Shown: in pieces, positions 46,362-55,855 of the stretch | Position numbering within the stretch: the stretch's first letter is position 1 | Layout of the letters: each line of letters opens with the position of its first letter | Assembly: GCA_052438035.1 (NCBI GenBank) | Contig: JBQVPF010000013.1 | Coordinates: 28,532-92,531, forward strand | DNA length: 64,000 nucleotides | From: Shinella sp. | GTDB taxonomy: Bacteria > Pseudomonadota > Alphaproteobacteria > Rhizobiales > Rhizobiaceae | Direction: 5' to 3' | Program-made: the position numbers and the translations under genes | Notes under the pieces: generated by a model | Database searches by the model: none | What the model was told of the DNA's origin: nothing | What the model saw: the letters and a program-made list of their open reading frames with translations, nothing else

Positions 46362-48446
46362 ATGGTGAGCAATGCGCCGCGGAACTGCCGGGTGGGTGTC
46401 GATATCGGGGGCACGTTTACGGACATCGCCCTCGATCTGGATGGCGTGCTGCATTCGACAAAGGTGCTGACCGATTATACCGGCCCCGAGCGGGCCATCC
46501 TGAAGGGGGTCGTCGCCGTCGCCGAATTGGCGGGCATCGCGCTCTCCGAGATCAATCTTCTGATTCATGGCACGACGCTCGCCACCAATGCGCTGATCGA
46601 GCGACGCGGCGCCAGGACCGCCTTCGTCACCACCGAGGGTTTTCGCGATACGCTGGAAATGCGAACGGAAAACCGCTTTGAGCAGTATGATCTCAACATC
46701 GTCCTGCCGCCGGCGCTCATCGCTCGCGCTGATCGTTTCGTGGTGCGCGAGCGCATGAACGCGGCTGGCAAGGTGCTGCTGGCGATCGATGACGCCTCCG
46801 TAGAGGCCGTCGTTTCGGCGATTGCGGCGGGCGGTTATGAGAGCGTCGCCATCGGCTTCATCCACGCCTATGCCAACGGCGCCCACGAGGCTGCCGTGCG
46901 CGACGCGATCCTCAAGCGCCTGCCGCATGTCTCCGTGTCGATCTCGTCTGAAGTCTCGCCGCAGATGCGCGAATTCGAGCGTTTCAACACGGTCTGCGCC
47001 AATGCTTACGTCAAGCCGGCGATCAAATCCTATCTCGACCGGCTCGTCGTCTCGCTGAAGGAGATCGGCGTCCGCTGCCCGGTCTTCATGATCCACTCCG
47101 GCGGCGGCATCGTCTCCGTCGAAAGCGCCTCCGAATTCCCGGTGCGCCTCGTCGAATCCGGCCCCGCGGGCGGCGCGATCTTCGCCGCCGACATCGCGCG
47201 ACGCCACGGGCTGGACACCGTGCTCTCCTTCGACATGGGCGGCACGACGGCAAAGATTTGCCTGATCGAAAACCAGGTGCCGAAGACCGCAAAGACCTTC
47301 GAGGTCGCGCGCACCTACCGCTTCCGCAAGGGCTCCGGCATGCCGATCTCCATTCCGGTGGTCGAGATGGTGGAAATTGGCGCAGGTGGCGGCTCCATCG
47401 CCTCCGTGGATGGCATGCGCCAGATCCGCGTCGGCCCGCATTCGGCAGCCTCCGAACCAGGCCCGGCCTGCTACCAGCGCGGCGGCAAGAACCCGACAGT
47501 GACGGATGCCGATCTCATCCTCGGCAAGCTTGATCCCGACAATTTCGCCGGTGGCGCCATTCCGCTTTCCGTCGCGGCCAGTCGACAGGCAATGGCCGAC
47601 GATATCGGTACGGTGATTGGCCTTGATCCGGATGGCGCCGCCTACGGCACCTGCGAGATGGTTGACGAGAACATGGCCAATGCAGGCCGCGTGCACACCG
47701 TCGAGAATGGCAAGAACATTGCCGATTTCACCATGATCACCTTCGGCGGCGCCGGCCCGCTGCATGCCGCACGGCTTTGCGAGAAGATGGGCATTTCCAC
47801 CTTCCTCGTGCCGGCGGGTGCCGGTGTCGGCTCGGCCATCGGCTTCCTGCGCGCGCCCTTCGGTTATGAATCGGTCCGCAGCGCCGTCTTCAACCTTTCC
47901 AGCTTCGACTTTGCCGAGGCGAACAAGCTGGTCTGCTCCATGCAAGCCGAGGCCCTCGGCTTCGTCGAAGGTGGGCTCGATAGCGGCGCGCCGGTGATCG
48001 AGCGCACGCTCTTCATGCGTTACGCCGGGCAGGGCTGGGACATTCCGGTGCCGCTCGATGCGGAAAAGTTCGATGTCGGCAGTGCAGGGACACTCGCCGT
48101 GCGGTTCAAAACGGAATACGAGCGCTTCTTCGGTCGCGCCATCGAAGGCCTCGAGATCGAGATCGTCAGCTGGTCGGTCAAGGCGAGCTCGCGACTGCCC
48201 CCGGTCGACCGGGTCGCCGCCGTCAATGAAGGTAGCGTCGTGACGCCGGTCAAGACCCGCCGCCTGTTCGAAGCCGCGCAGGGGGCGTTCCTCGATGCCG
48301 GCATCCATGAGCGCGAGGGCCTGAAGCCCGGTGACGTCGTGAAAGGTCCCGCCATCGTCGTGGAGCGCGAAACCTCCACCATGCTCACCGCCGCCTTCAA
48401 GGCCGTCGTGCAGAACGACGGCTGCCTGCTCGTCACCCGGCTGTAA
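46362..48446 (+). CDS. hyuA: Hydantoinase A / oxoprolinase family ATP-dependent hydrolase, alpha subunit
   Basis: CRVGVDIGGTFTDIAL N-terminal ATPase motif and later DMGGTTAKICLI. 694 aa from ATG 46362. Confidence 0.85.
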   Translation: MVSNAPRNCRVGVDIGGTFTDIALDLDGVLHSTKVLTDYTGPERAILKGVVAVAELAGIALSEINLLIHGTTLATNALIERRGARTAFVTTEGFRDTLEMRTENRFEQYDLNIVLPPALIARADRFVVRERMNAAGKVLLAIDDASVEAVVSAIAAGGYESVAIGFIHAYANGAHEAAVRDAILKRLPHVSVSISSEVSPQMREFERFNTVCANAYVKPAIKSYLDRLVVSLKEIGVRCPVFMIHSGGGIVSVESASEFPVRLVESGPAGGAIFAADIARRHGLDTVLSFDMGGTTAKICLIENQVPKTAKTFEVARTYRFRKGSGMPISIPVVEMVEIGAGGGSIASVDGMRQIRVGPHSAASEPGPACYQRGGKNPTVTDADLILGKLDPDNFAGGAIPLSVAASRQAMADDIGTVIGLDPDGAAYGTCEMVDENMANAGRVHTVENGKNIADFTMITFGGAGPLHAARLCEKMGISTFLVPAGAGVGSAIGFLRAPFGYESVRSAVFNLSSFDFAEANKLVCSMQAEALGFVEGGLDSGAPVIERTLFMRYAGQGWDIPVPLDAEKFDVGSAGTLAVRFKTEYERFFGRAIEGLEIEIVSWSVKASSRLPPVDRVAAVNEGSVVTPVKTRRLFEAAQGAFLDAGIHEREGLKPGDVVKGPAIVVERETSTMLTAAFKAVVQNDGCLLVTRL

Positions 48447-48457
48447 GGATAGAACCG

Positions 48458-50116
48458 ATGAACCAGTCGATGATCGATATCCATATGCAGGTCATGTGGA
48501 ACCGCCTGATCTCCGTCGTGGAGGAACAGGCGCAAACGCTGATCCGCACGGCCTTCTCCACCTCCGTCCGCGAGGCGGGCGACCTGTCTGCCGGCGTCTT
48601 CGACCTCGAAGGCCGCATGCTGGCGCAAGCCGTCACCGGCACACCCGGTCATGTCAACGCCATGGCCGAATCCGTCGCGCACTTCATCCGCGATATCGGC
48701 CCGGAAAACATCTTTGAAGGCGATGTCTACATCACCAACGATCCGTGGAAGGGTACCGGCCACCTGCACGACATCACCGTCGTCACGCCGTCCTTCCACC
48801 ATGGTAAACTGGTGGGCTACTTCGCCTCCACCGCCCATGTGGTGGATGTCGGCGGGCGCGGCTTTGGGCCGGATGCGCGCGAGGTCTATGAAGAAGGCCT
48901 CTTCATCCCGATCATGAAGTTCTTCGAGCGCGGCGAACTGAACCGCACGCTCATCCATATCGTGCGCAACAATGTGCGCGAGAACGACAAGGTGGTCGGC
49001 GACTTTCATGCGCTTGCCGCCTGCAACGAGACCGGCCATCGCCGCCTCATCGACATGCTGACGGAATTCAACCTCGAAGACCTCTCGATGATCGGCGGCT
49101 TCATCCTCAAGCACAGCCGCGAAGCGACGCTGGAGCGCTTGAGGAACCTGCCGCACGGCACATGGTCCTACAGCCTCGATCTCGATGGCTACGACGAGCC
49201 GGTGCATCTCGCGGCAAAACTCACCATCGGGCCGGAGGGCGTGCTGGTCGATTTCGATGGCACTTCCGGCATGAGCAAGTTCGGAATCAACGTGCCGCTC
49301 GTCTATGCCAAGGCCTATGCCTGCTACGGCATCAAATGTGTCGTGGCGCCGGAAATTCCCAACAATGCCGCCTCGCTTGCGCCCTTCGATATAGCGGCAC
49401 CCGAAGGCTGCATTCTCAACGCCAAGCGGCCGGCGCCCGTCGCCGTGCGCCATGTGCTCGGTCATTTCGTGCCGGACCTCGTGCTCGGCGCGCTGCACCA
49501 GGCGCTGCCCGGCCAGGTGCCGGCGGAAGGCGCGAGCGCACTGTGGAACCTGCATATGAGTGTACGCCCCGTTGCCGACCAGATCGGCGGCAAGGGTGCG
49601 GAAATCTTGATGTTCAACTCCGGCGGCTCCGGCGCGCGTGCCGCGCTGGACGGCCTCAATGCAACGGCCTTCCCGAGCGGCGTGCACACCATGCCGATCG
49701 AGGCGACGGAAAACGTTGGTCCGGTCATCATCTGGCGCAAGGAACTGCGCGAAGGCTCCGGGGGGGCTGGCGCGCAACGTGGCGGTCTCGGCCAGATGAT
49801 CGAGATCGAGGCGGCCGAGGGCTATTCCTTCCGCTTCTCCGCCATGTTCGATCGCCTGAACCATCCGGCCCGCGGCCGCGATGGCGGCCTCGCCGGTGCG
49901 CCCGGCGGTGTGGCGCTCGATGACGGTACGGCATTGAAGGGCAAGGGCCTGCAGTTCGTGCCCGAAGGCCGGCGGCTGATTCTGTCGTTGCCCGGCGGCG
50001 GGGGCTATGGCGCGCCGGCGGCGCGTCCTGCTGACGCCGTCGCCCATGACGTCAAGCACGGTTACATCACAGAGGAACAGGCAGCGCTTTATGGCAAGGC
50101 GGGAGGAAAGGCATGA
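48458..50116 (+). CDS. hyuB: Hydantoinase B / oxoprolinase family, beta subunit
   Basis: IHMQVMWNRLISVVEEQAQTLIRTAFSTSVREAGDLSAGVFD and NDPWKGTGHLHDITVVTP are typical HyuB blocks. 552 aa. Confidence 0.85.
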   Translation: MNQSMIDIHMQVMWNRLISVVEEQAQTLIRTAFSTSVREAGDLSAGVFDLEGRMLAQAVTGTPGHVNAMAESVAHFIRDIGPENIFEGDVYITNDPWKGTGHLHDITVVTPSFHHGKLVGYFASTAHVVDVGGRGFGPDAREVYEEGLFIPIMKFFERGELNRTLIHIVRNNVRENDKVVGDFHALAACNETGHRRLIDMLTEFNLEDLSMIGGFILKHSREATLERLRNLPHGTWSYSLDLDGYDEPVHLAAKLTIGPEGVLVDFDGTSGMSKFGINVPLVYAKAYACYGIKCVVAPEIPNNAASLAPFDIAAPEGCILNAKRPAPVAVRHVLGHFVPDLVLGALHQALPGQVPAEGASALWNLHMSVRPVADQIGGKGAEILMFNSGGSGARAALDGLNATAFPSGVHTMPIEATENVGPVIIWRKELREGSGGAGAQRGGLGQMIEIEAAEGYSFRFSAMFDRLNHPARGRDGGLAGAPGGVALDDGTALKGKGLQFVPEGRRLILSLPGGGGYGAPAARPADAVAHDVKHGYITEEQAALYGKAGGKA

Positions 50117-51324
50117 ACATGATCGTGTTTGAAAGCGCGCGGGCATCCACCATCAAGTCGTCGCCATCCATGGCCGTCTCGATGGCCGCGAAGGCCATGC
50201 GGGCGAAGGGCGAATCCGTCATCGACCTCTCGCTCGGCGAACCGGATTTCGACACGCCCGCCCATATCGTGGAAGCCGCGGTTGACGCGATGAAACGGGG
50301 TATCACCCGCTACACCGCACCGGATGGCCTTTTAGAATTGCGCGAGGCAATCGTCAGAAAATTCAAGCGCGAGAACGGCCTCGACTATGCCCTGGATGAG
50401 ATCTCCATTGGCAACGGCGCCAAGCAGATCCTGTTCAACGCCTTCCTCGGCACGCTGGAACCCGGCGACGAGGTGGTGGTGCCCGCACCCTACTGGGTGT
50501 CCTATACCGACATCGTCATCCTGCATGGCGGCGTGCCGAAGATCGTTGTCTGCGGCGTGGAGGACGACTTCAAGATCACACCGGAGCGGTTGGAAGCGGC
50601 GATCACGTCGAAGACCCGCTGGTTCCTTTTCAATTCGCCTTCCAATCCGACCGGTGCGATCTACACCGCCGACGAACTGAAGGCGCTGGGTGACGTGTTG
50701 GCGCGCCATCCCCGCGTCGCTGTCATGTCGGACGAGATCTATGAGCACATCGTCTGCGGTGATGTGCCCTTTACGTCCTTTGCAAATGCCTGCCCGGATC
50801 TGCGCGACCGCACGCTCATCATCAACGGTGTCTCCAAGGCCTATGCGATGACCGGCTGGCGGCTTGGGTATGCAGCGGGGCCGAAGAGCCTGACGAAGGT
50901 CCTGAACAAGATGCAGTCGCAGAGCACGACGTGCCCGTCGTCGATCACGCAGGCCGCGGCCGCGGCCGCGCTCAATGGGCCGCAGGACTTCGTGACGACG
51001 GCTGTCGCAGAATATAAGGCGCGCGGCGAACTCGTAACGAAGGGTTTTAGTGCCATTCCGGGTCTGGAGGTGCGTGCGCCTGAGGGGGCTTTCTACCTCT
51101 TCCCGAAATGCGCCACCTATATCGGCAAGACAGCTCCGGACGGCACGATCATCGACAACGATACGGCGCTCGCCGCCTACCTGTTGACGGAAGGCAAGGT
51201 TGCGACCGTGCCGGGTGCCGCCTTCGGCGTCGAGCCCTATATCCGCCTTTCCTTCGCCACGTCGCGCGACAATCTCACGCTCGCCATCGACCGCATCGCC
51301 GATGCACTCGCCCGGCTTCGCTAG
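50113..51324 (+). CDS. Class I/II PLP-dependent aminotransferase (aspartate aminotransferase-like)
   Basis: DLSLGEPDFDTP, FNSPSNPTG and the PLP-lysine region INGVSKAYAMTGWRLGY. ATGA overlap with the hyuB stop. Confidence 0.85.
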   Translation: MNMIVFESARASTIKSSPSMAVSMAAKAMRAKGESVIDLSLGEPDFDTPAHIVEAAVDAMKRGITRYTAPDGLLELREAIVRKFKRENGLDYALDEISIGNGAKQILFNAFLGTLEPGDEVVVPAPYWVSYTDIVILHGGVPKIVVCGVEDDFKITPERLEAAITSKTRWFLFNSPSNPTGAIYTADELKALGDVLARHPRVAVMSDEIYEHIVCGDVPFTSFANACPDLRDRTLIINGVSKAYAMTGWRLGYAAGPKSLTKVLNKMQSQSTTCPSSITQAAAAAALNGPQDFVTTAVAEYKARGELVTKGFSAIPGLEVRAPEGAFYLFPKCATYIGKTAPDGTIIDNDTALAAYLLTEGKVATVPGAAFGVEPYIRLSFATSRDNLTLAIDRIADALARLR

Positions 51325-51336
51325 GAGGAACCGACC

Positions 51337-52143
51337 ATGTCCCATTTCCAGAAAGTTCTTCTGACGGGTGCTGCCGGCGGCGTCGGCACGGCGCTTCGCC
51401 AGTCCGGCACGCGGCTCGGCAGGGTCGTGCGGCTGTCCGACCGCAAGCCCTGCGAAAACGTCGCCTCGCACGAAGAGGATTTTCCGCTCGAGCTTGCCGA
51501 TTTCGATGCGGTTTCGGAGGCGGTGAAGGGGTGCGACGCCATCGTGCATCTCGGCGGCCAGCCGCTGGAAGCCGAATGGAAGACGATTCTCGATAGCAAC
51601 ATTTCCGGCGGCTACAACATCTACGAGGCCGCGCGCCAGCACGGCGTCAAGCGCATCGTCAATGCCAGTTCCGTGCATGCCATCGGTTACTACGAGCGCA
51701 CGGAGACGATCGACGGCACCGTGCCGACCCGGCCGGACAGCCTCTACGGTGTGTCGAAAACCTTCGTGGAAAATCTCGGTCGCTACTATTTCGACAAATT
51801 CGGGATCGAGACGGTCAGCATCCGCATCGGCTCCTGCTTCCCGGAACCGACCGACCGCCGGCACCTCATTACATGGCTGTCTTATCGCGACTGCCGCCAG
51901 CTTGTCGAAAAGAGCCTGTCGGCCCCACGCGTCGGCTTCATGGTCGCCTATGGCATGTCGAACAATGCGCAGGCCTTCTGGGACAATCGCACTGCCGCTG
52001 TGCTCGGCTACAAACCGCAAGACAGCGCTGACGATTATGCCGACAAGGTTTTTGCCAGCACGGAACAGGGCGACCCGAACAATCCGGCGGTGCGCTACCA
52101 GGGCGGCAGCTTCTGCGCGGCCGGCCACTTCGAAGACAAGTGA
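51337..52143 (+). CDS. NAD-dependent epimerase/dehydratase-fold oxidoreductase, uronate dehydrogenase (Udh)-like
   Basis: VLLTGAAGGVGTAL, IVHLGG, SLYGVSKTFVENLGRYYFDKFGIETVSIRIGSCFPEP closely parallels Agrobacterium Udh as recalled. Confidence 0.7.
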   Translation: MSHFQKVLLTGAAGGVGTALRQSGTRLGRVVRLSDRKPCENVASHEEDFPLELADFDAVSEAVKGCDAIVHLGGQPLEAEWKTILDSNISGGYNIYEAARQHGVKRIVNASSVHAIGYYERTETIDGTVPTRPDSLYGVSKTFVENLGRYYFDKFGIETVSIRIGSCFPEPTDRRHLITWLSYRDCRQLVEKSLSAPRVGFMVAYGMSNNAQAFWDNRTAAVLGYKPQDSADDYADKVFASTEQGDPNNPAVRYQGGSFCAAGHFEDK

Positions 52144-52151
52144 GGGCGACG

Positions 52152-53345
52152 ATGCAGGCTTCGAAGACATCCTATGACGTCGTTATTGTCGGCGGTGCCG
52201 TGGTCGGCAGCGCGACGGCCTATTTTCTGGCGACGAACCCTGATTTTACCGGCTCGGTGCTGGTGATCGAAAAGGACTGGACCTATCAGCGCTCGGCGAC
52301 TGCGCTCTCGTCCAGCTCGATCCGCCACCAGTTCTCCAACGCGATCAACGTCAAGGTCTCGCAGTTCGGCACGGAGTTCATTCGCAACTTCCGCAAAAAC
52401 GTCGAAGTCGATGACGATACGCCGGAAATCGGTTTCCACGAAAACGGCTACCTCTTCCTTGCAGGCGACGTGCGCGGTGCGAATGTGCTTCGTCGCAACC
52501 ATGAAACGCAGGTCTCCTGCGGCGCCGACGTGTCGTTGCTCGATCCGGAAGGGCTGGGTCGCCGCTTCCAGTGGCTTAACGTGGAGGGTCTGACACTTGG
52601 CAGCACAGGCGAAAGCGGCGAAGGCTGGTTTGATAGCGTCGGGCTGCTGCAGGGTTTCCGCAAGAAGGCGCGCACTCTCGGCGCCGACTATATCGAGGAC
52701 GAAGTCGTCGCGGTGAACCGGGAGGGTGACCGCATTGTTTCGGTGACGACAAAGAGCGGGCAAACGATCGCTTGTGGCACTTTGGTCAACACGTCCGGCA
52801 CCAATGGCAAGCAGGTTGCGCGCATGGCCGGCCTCGACATTCCGGTCGAACCACGCCGTCGTTCGCTCTTCGTGGTGGATTGCCGCACGCCACTGGAAGG
52901 CAAGGTCGGCCTCACCATCGATCCGTCCGGCGTCTTCTTCCGCCCCGAAGGGAAATTCTATCTGATGGGCACCTATCCCAAGCACGACCCGGAGGTCGAT
53001 CCGAGCGACTTTTCCGTCATGCACGACGAGTTCGAGGACGAAATCTGGCCGACGATCGCGGAGCGCGTGCCGGCCTTCGAGGCGATCAAGGTGGTGAACA
53101 GCTGGGCGGGGCATTACGACTATTGCACGCTCGACCACAACGTCATCCTCGGCCCACACACCGACGTGAAGAATTTTCTCTTCGCCAACGGCTTTTCCGG
53201 CCACGGCCTGCAGCAGTCGCCGGCAATGGGGCGCGGCCTGTCCGAACTGATCGCCTATGGGGGCTTCCGCACGCTCGACCTCTCGCCCTTCGGCTACGAG
53301 CGCGTCGTCGCGAACCAGCCCTTCCTTGAGGACGCCGTGATCTAA
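52152..53345 (+). CDS. FAD-dependent oxidoreductase (DAO family)
   Basis: YDVVIVGGAVVGSATAYFLA dinucleotide motif. About 397 aa, with C-terminal FANGFSGHGLQQSPAMGRGL typical of DAO/sarcosine-oxidase-beta-like enzymes. Confidence 0.85.
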   Translation: MQASKTSYDVVIVGGAVVGSATAYFLATNPDFTGSVLVIEKDWTYQRSATALSSSSIRHQFSNAINVKVSQFGTEFIRNFRKNVEVDDDTPEIGFHENGYLFLAGDVRGANVLRRNHETQVSCGADVSLLDPEGLGRRFQWLNVEGLTLGSTGESGEGWFDSVGLLQGFRKKARTLGADYIEDEVVAVNREGDRIVSVTTKSGQTIACGTLVNTSGTNGKQVARMAGLDIPVEPRRRSLFVVDCRTPLEGKVGLTIDPSGVFFRPEGKFYLMGTYPKHDPEVDPSDFSVMHDEFEDEIWPTIAERVPAFEAIKVVNSWAGHYDYCTLDHNVILGPHTDVKNFLFANGFSGHGLQQSPAMGRGLSELIAYGGFRTLDLSPFGYERVVANQPFLEDAVI

Positions 53346-53362
53346 CGGCTCAGGAGACGAAC

Positions 53363-55048
53363 ATGACAACCGAATATGAGACACGCAGCGGCGGCCAGAT
53401 CCTGGTCGACGCACTGAAGATCCATGGCGTAGAACGGGTGTTCGGCGTGCCGGGTGAGAGCTATCTGGCGGCGCTGGATGCCTTCCACGATGCCGAGGAT
53501 GCCATCGAGTTCGTCATCTGCCGGCAGGAGGGCGGGGCGGCCTACATGGCAGAAGCCTATGGCAAGTTGACGGGCAAGCCCGGCATCTGCTTCGTCACCC
53601 GCGGGCCGGGCGCCACCAATGCCTCGGTCGGCGTGCACACTGCCTTCCAGGATTCGACGCCGATGATCCTCTTCATCGGCCAGGTGGCGCGTGACCAGAT
53701 GGAGCGCGAAGCCTTCCAGGAGATCGACTATCGCCGCATGTTCGGACAAATGGCGAAATGGGTGGTGGAGATCGAGGATGCGGCGCGCATTCCCGAACTC
53801 GTCAGCCAGGCCTTCCACCGCGCCGTCAACGGCCGTCCGGGGCCGGTGGTCGTGGCGCTGCCGGAGGACATGCTGACGGATGTGGCGGCCATTGCCGATA
53901 CGCCGGCCTACAAGCGGGTGGAAGCCTATGCCGGGCCGCAACAGCTCGATGCGCTTGTGTCCTTGCTGGCCAAGGCAGAGCGCCCGATGGTGGTTGCTGG
54001 CGGTGGTGGCTGGACACAGCAGGCGGCTGCCGATCTGCGCGTCTTCTCGGAAGCCTTTTCGCTTCCCGTCGCTGCTTCGTTTCGCTGTCAGGATCTCTTC
54101 GACAATACGCATGGGAACTATGCGGGCGATCTCGGCCTTGCTGCCGGGCCGAAGCTGATCCAGCACGTCAAGGATTGCGACTTGCTGATCTCCATCGGCG
54201 CCCGTCTTGGCGAGATGACAACCGGCGCTTATACGCTGATCGACATTCCGGTGCCGAAGCAGACTTTCGTCCATATTCATCCCGGCGCGGAGGAACTCGG
54301 CCGCGTCTATCATGCCACGCTCCCGATCAATGCCAGCGTTGCCGGTTTCCTGACGCAGGCCGCAAAGCTGAAGCCTGCGGCGGCGCCGGCATGGCGTGAA
54401 TGGACGGCGGCGGCCCATGCCGACTATCTCGAAAACATCAACCATCCGCAGGTGCCGGGGGCCGTCCAAATGGGCGAGGTCATGCAATGGTTGCGCGGCC
54501 ATCTGCCGGCCGATGCAATACTGACGACGGGCGCCGGCAACTATTCCGCCTGGGCGCATCGCTTCTACCAGTACCGCACGTTCCGCACCCAGCTTGGGCC
54601 GACCAACGGCTCGATGGGCTATGGCGTGCCAGCGGCAATAGCGGCAAAAATCACAGCGCCGGAGCGCTCCGTGGTCGCCTTTGCCGGCGATGGCTGCTTT
54701 CTGATGAACGGGCAGGAGCTGGCGACGGCGATGCAATATGACGCCCGCGTCATCTTCCTTGTCATCAACAACGGCATGTACGGCACGATCCGCATGCATC
54801 AGGAGCGCAACTATCCCGGTCGCGTTTCCGGCACGAGGCTCACCAACCCGGATTTTGCCGATCTCGCCCGCTCGTATGGCCTGCACGCGGAGACGGTGGA
54901 GAGGACGGAGGAATTTGCCGATGCCTTCCTGCGTTCGGAGGCCTCCGGCAAGCCGGCGCTGATCGAAATCCGCATCGACCCGGAAGCGCTGACGCCCAAG
55001 ATGAGCCTGACGCAGATCCGCGAACAGGCACTTGCAGCGGGCAAATGA
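53363..55048 (+). CDS. Thiamine-diphosphate-dependent enzyme (acetolactate synthase large-subunit-like)
   Basis: GGQILVDALKIHGVERVFGVPGESYL, TRGPGATNA and the ThDP motif GDGCFLMNGQELATA...NNGMYG. 561 aa. Confidence 0.85.
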   Translation: MTTEYETRSGGQILVDALKIHGVERVFGVPGESYLAALDAFHDAEDAIEFVICRQEGGAAYMAEAYGKLTGKPGICFVTRGPGATNASVGVHTAFQDSTPMILFIGQVARDQMEREAFQEIDYRRMFGQMAKWVVEIEDAARIPELVSQAFHRAVNGRPGPVVVALPEDMLTDVAAIADTPAYKRVEAYAGPQQLDALVSLLAKAERPMVVAGGGGWTQQAAADLRVFSEAFSLPVAASFRCQDLFDNTHGNYAGDLGLAAGPKLIQHVKDCDLLISIGARLGEMTTGAYTLIDIPVPKQTFVHIHPGAEELGRVYHATLPINASVAGFLTQAAKLKPAAAPAWREWTAAAHADYLENINHPQVPGAVQMGEVMQWLRGHLPADAILTTGAGNYSAWAHRFYQYRTFRTQLGPTNGSMGYGVPAAIAAKITAPERSVVAFAGDGCFLMNGQELATAMQYDARVIFLVINNGMYGTIRMHQERNYPGRVSGTRLTNPDFADLARSYGLHAETVERTEEFADAFLRSEASGKPALIEIRIDPEALTPKMSLTQIREQALAAGK

Positions 55049-55072
55049 GACGGGCGGGCGGCGGCGCGGCGG

Positions 55073-55804
55073 TCAGTCGCCCGCTTCGCTGCCCGCAGGC
55101 TCGTCCAGCATGGCGCGGTAGCGGGTGAGGCTTTCCTCCAGATGCGCGACCAGCGCCTGCTTGGCAGCCTTGGCATCGCCCTGCGTGATCGCCGCGAGGA
55201 TGCCCGCATGCTCCTTGTTGATCTTCTTCAGATAGGCGTTGTAGGTGCGGCCGGACTGGCGATGCTTGAGCACCAGATCGAAGTTGATCTCGCCCATCAC
55301 CGCGACAAGAAAACTCGGGAAATGCGGGTTGCGCGTGGCCTTGGCGATGGCAAGATGGAAATCGAAATCGGCGCGCGCCTCGATCTCGGGATCGTTCGTA
55401 TCGAGGTTCTCGATATAGTCGAAGGCGCGGGCGATCTCGGCCAGCGCTTCCGGCGTGCGACGCTGCGCGGCAAGCGCCACGGACTGCATCTCGACGCCGA
55501 GGCGCAGTTCGAGGATCTGCATGGCGGAGCGGATGTCATCGATGCGGCTGATCTCGAAGTTCAGCGTCTTGACGTCCTTCTCCGTGACATAGACGCCGGC
55601 ACCCTGCCGCGAGATGACCCGGCCTGCCACCTTGAGCGAGGTGAGCGCTTCGCGAATGACCGTGCGGGAAACGCCGAACTCCTCGCAGAGCTGGGCGCTT
55701 GACGGGATCTTTTCGCCGGGCGCATAAAGTCCGCTATCGATGCGCTCGGCAAGTTTGGCGACGACGATTTCCGCGAGATTGCCGCGCTGTGTTATGATCG
55801 ACAT
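55073..55804 (-). CDS. GntR-family (FadR subfamily) transcriptional regulator
   Basis: wHTH PGEKIPSSAQLCEEFGVSRTVIREALTSLKVAGRVISRQGAGVYV plus an all-helical FCD domain. Confidence 0.9.
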   Translation of the reverse strand: MSIITQRGNLAEIVVAKLAERIDSGLYAPGEKIPSSAQLCEEFGVSRTVIREALTSLKVAGRVISRQGAGVYVTEKDVKTLNFEISRIDDIRSAMQILELRLGVEMQSVALAAQRRTPEALAEIARAFDYIENLDTNDPEIEARADFDFHLAIAKATRNPHFPSFLVAVMGEINFDLVLKHRQSGRTYNAYLKKINKEHAGILAAITQGDAKAAKQALVAHLEESLTRYRAMLDEPAGSEAGD

Positions 55805-55837
55805 GCCGGTCTACCCTTCGCCCCGAAAGTTCGCATT

Positions 55838-55855
55838 TATCACATATCATACATG
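55838..55855. promoter_or_regulatory. Operator-like motif Sb (putative GntR box) upstream of gntR
   Basis: The reverse complement CATGTATGATATGTGATA is identical to Sa at 17/18 positions. It lies 34-51 nt upstream of the gntR ATG and overlaps the stop codon of the ydiJ-like gene. Confidence 0.55.
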
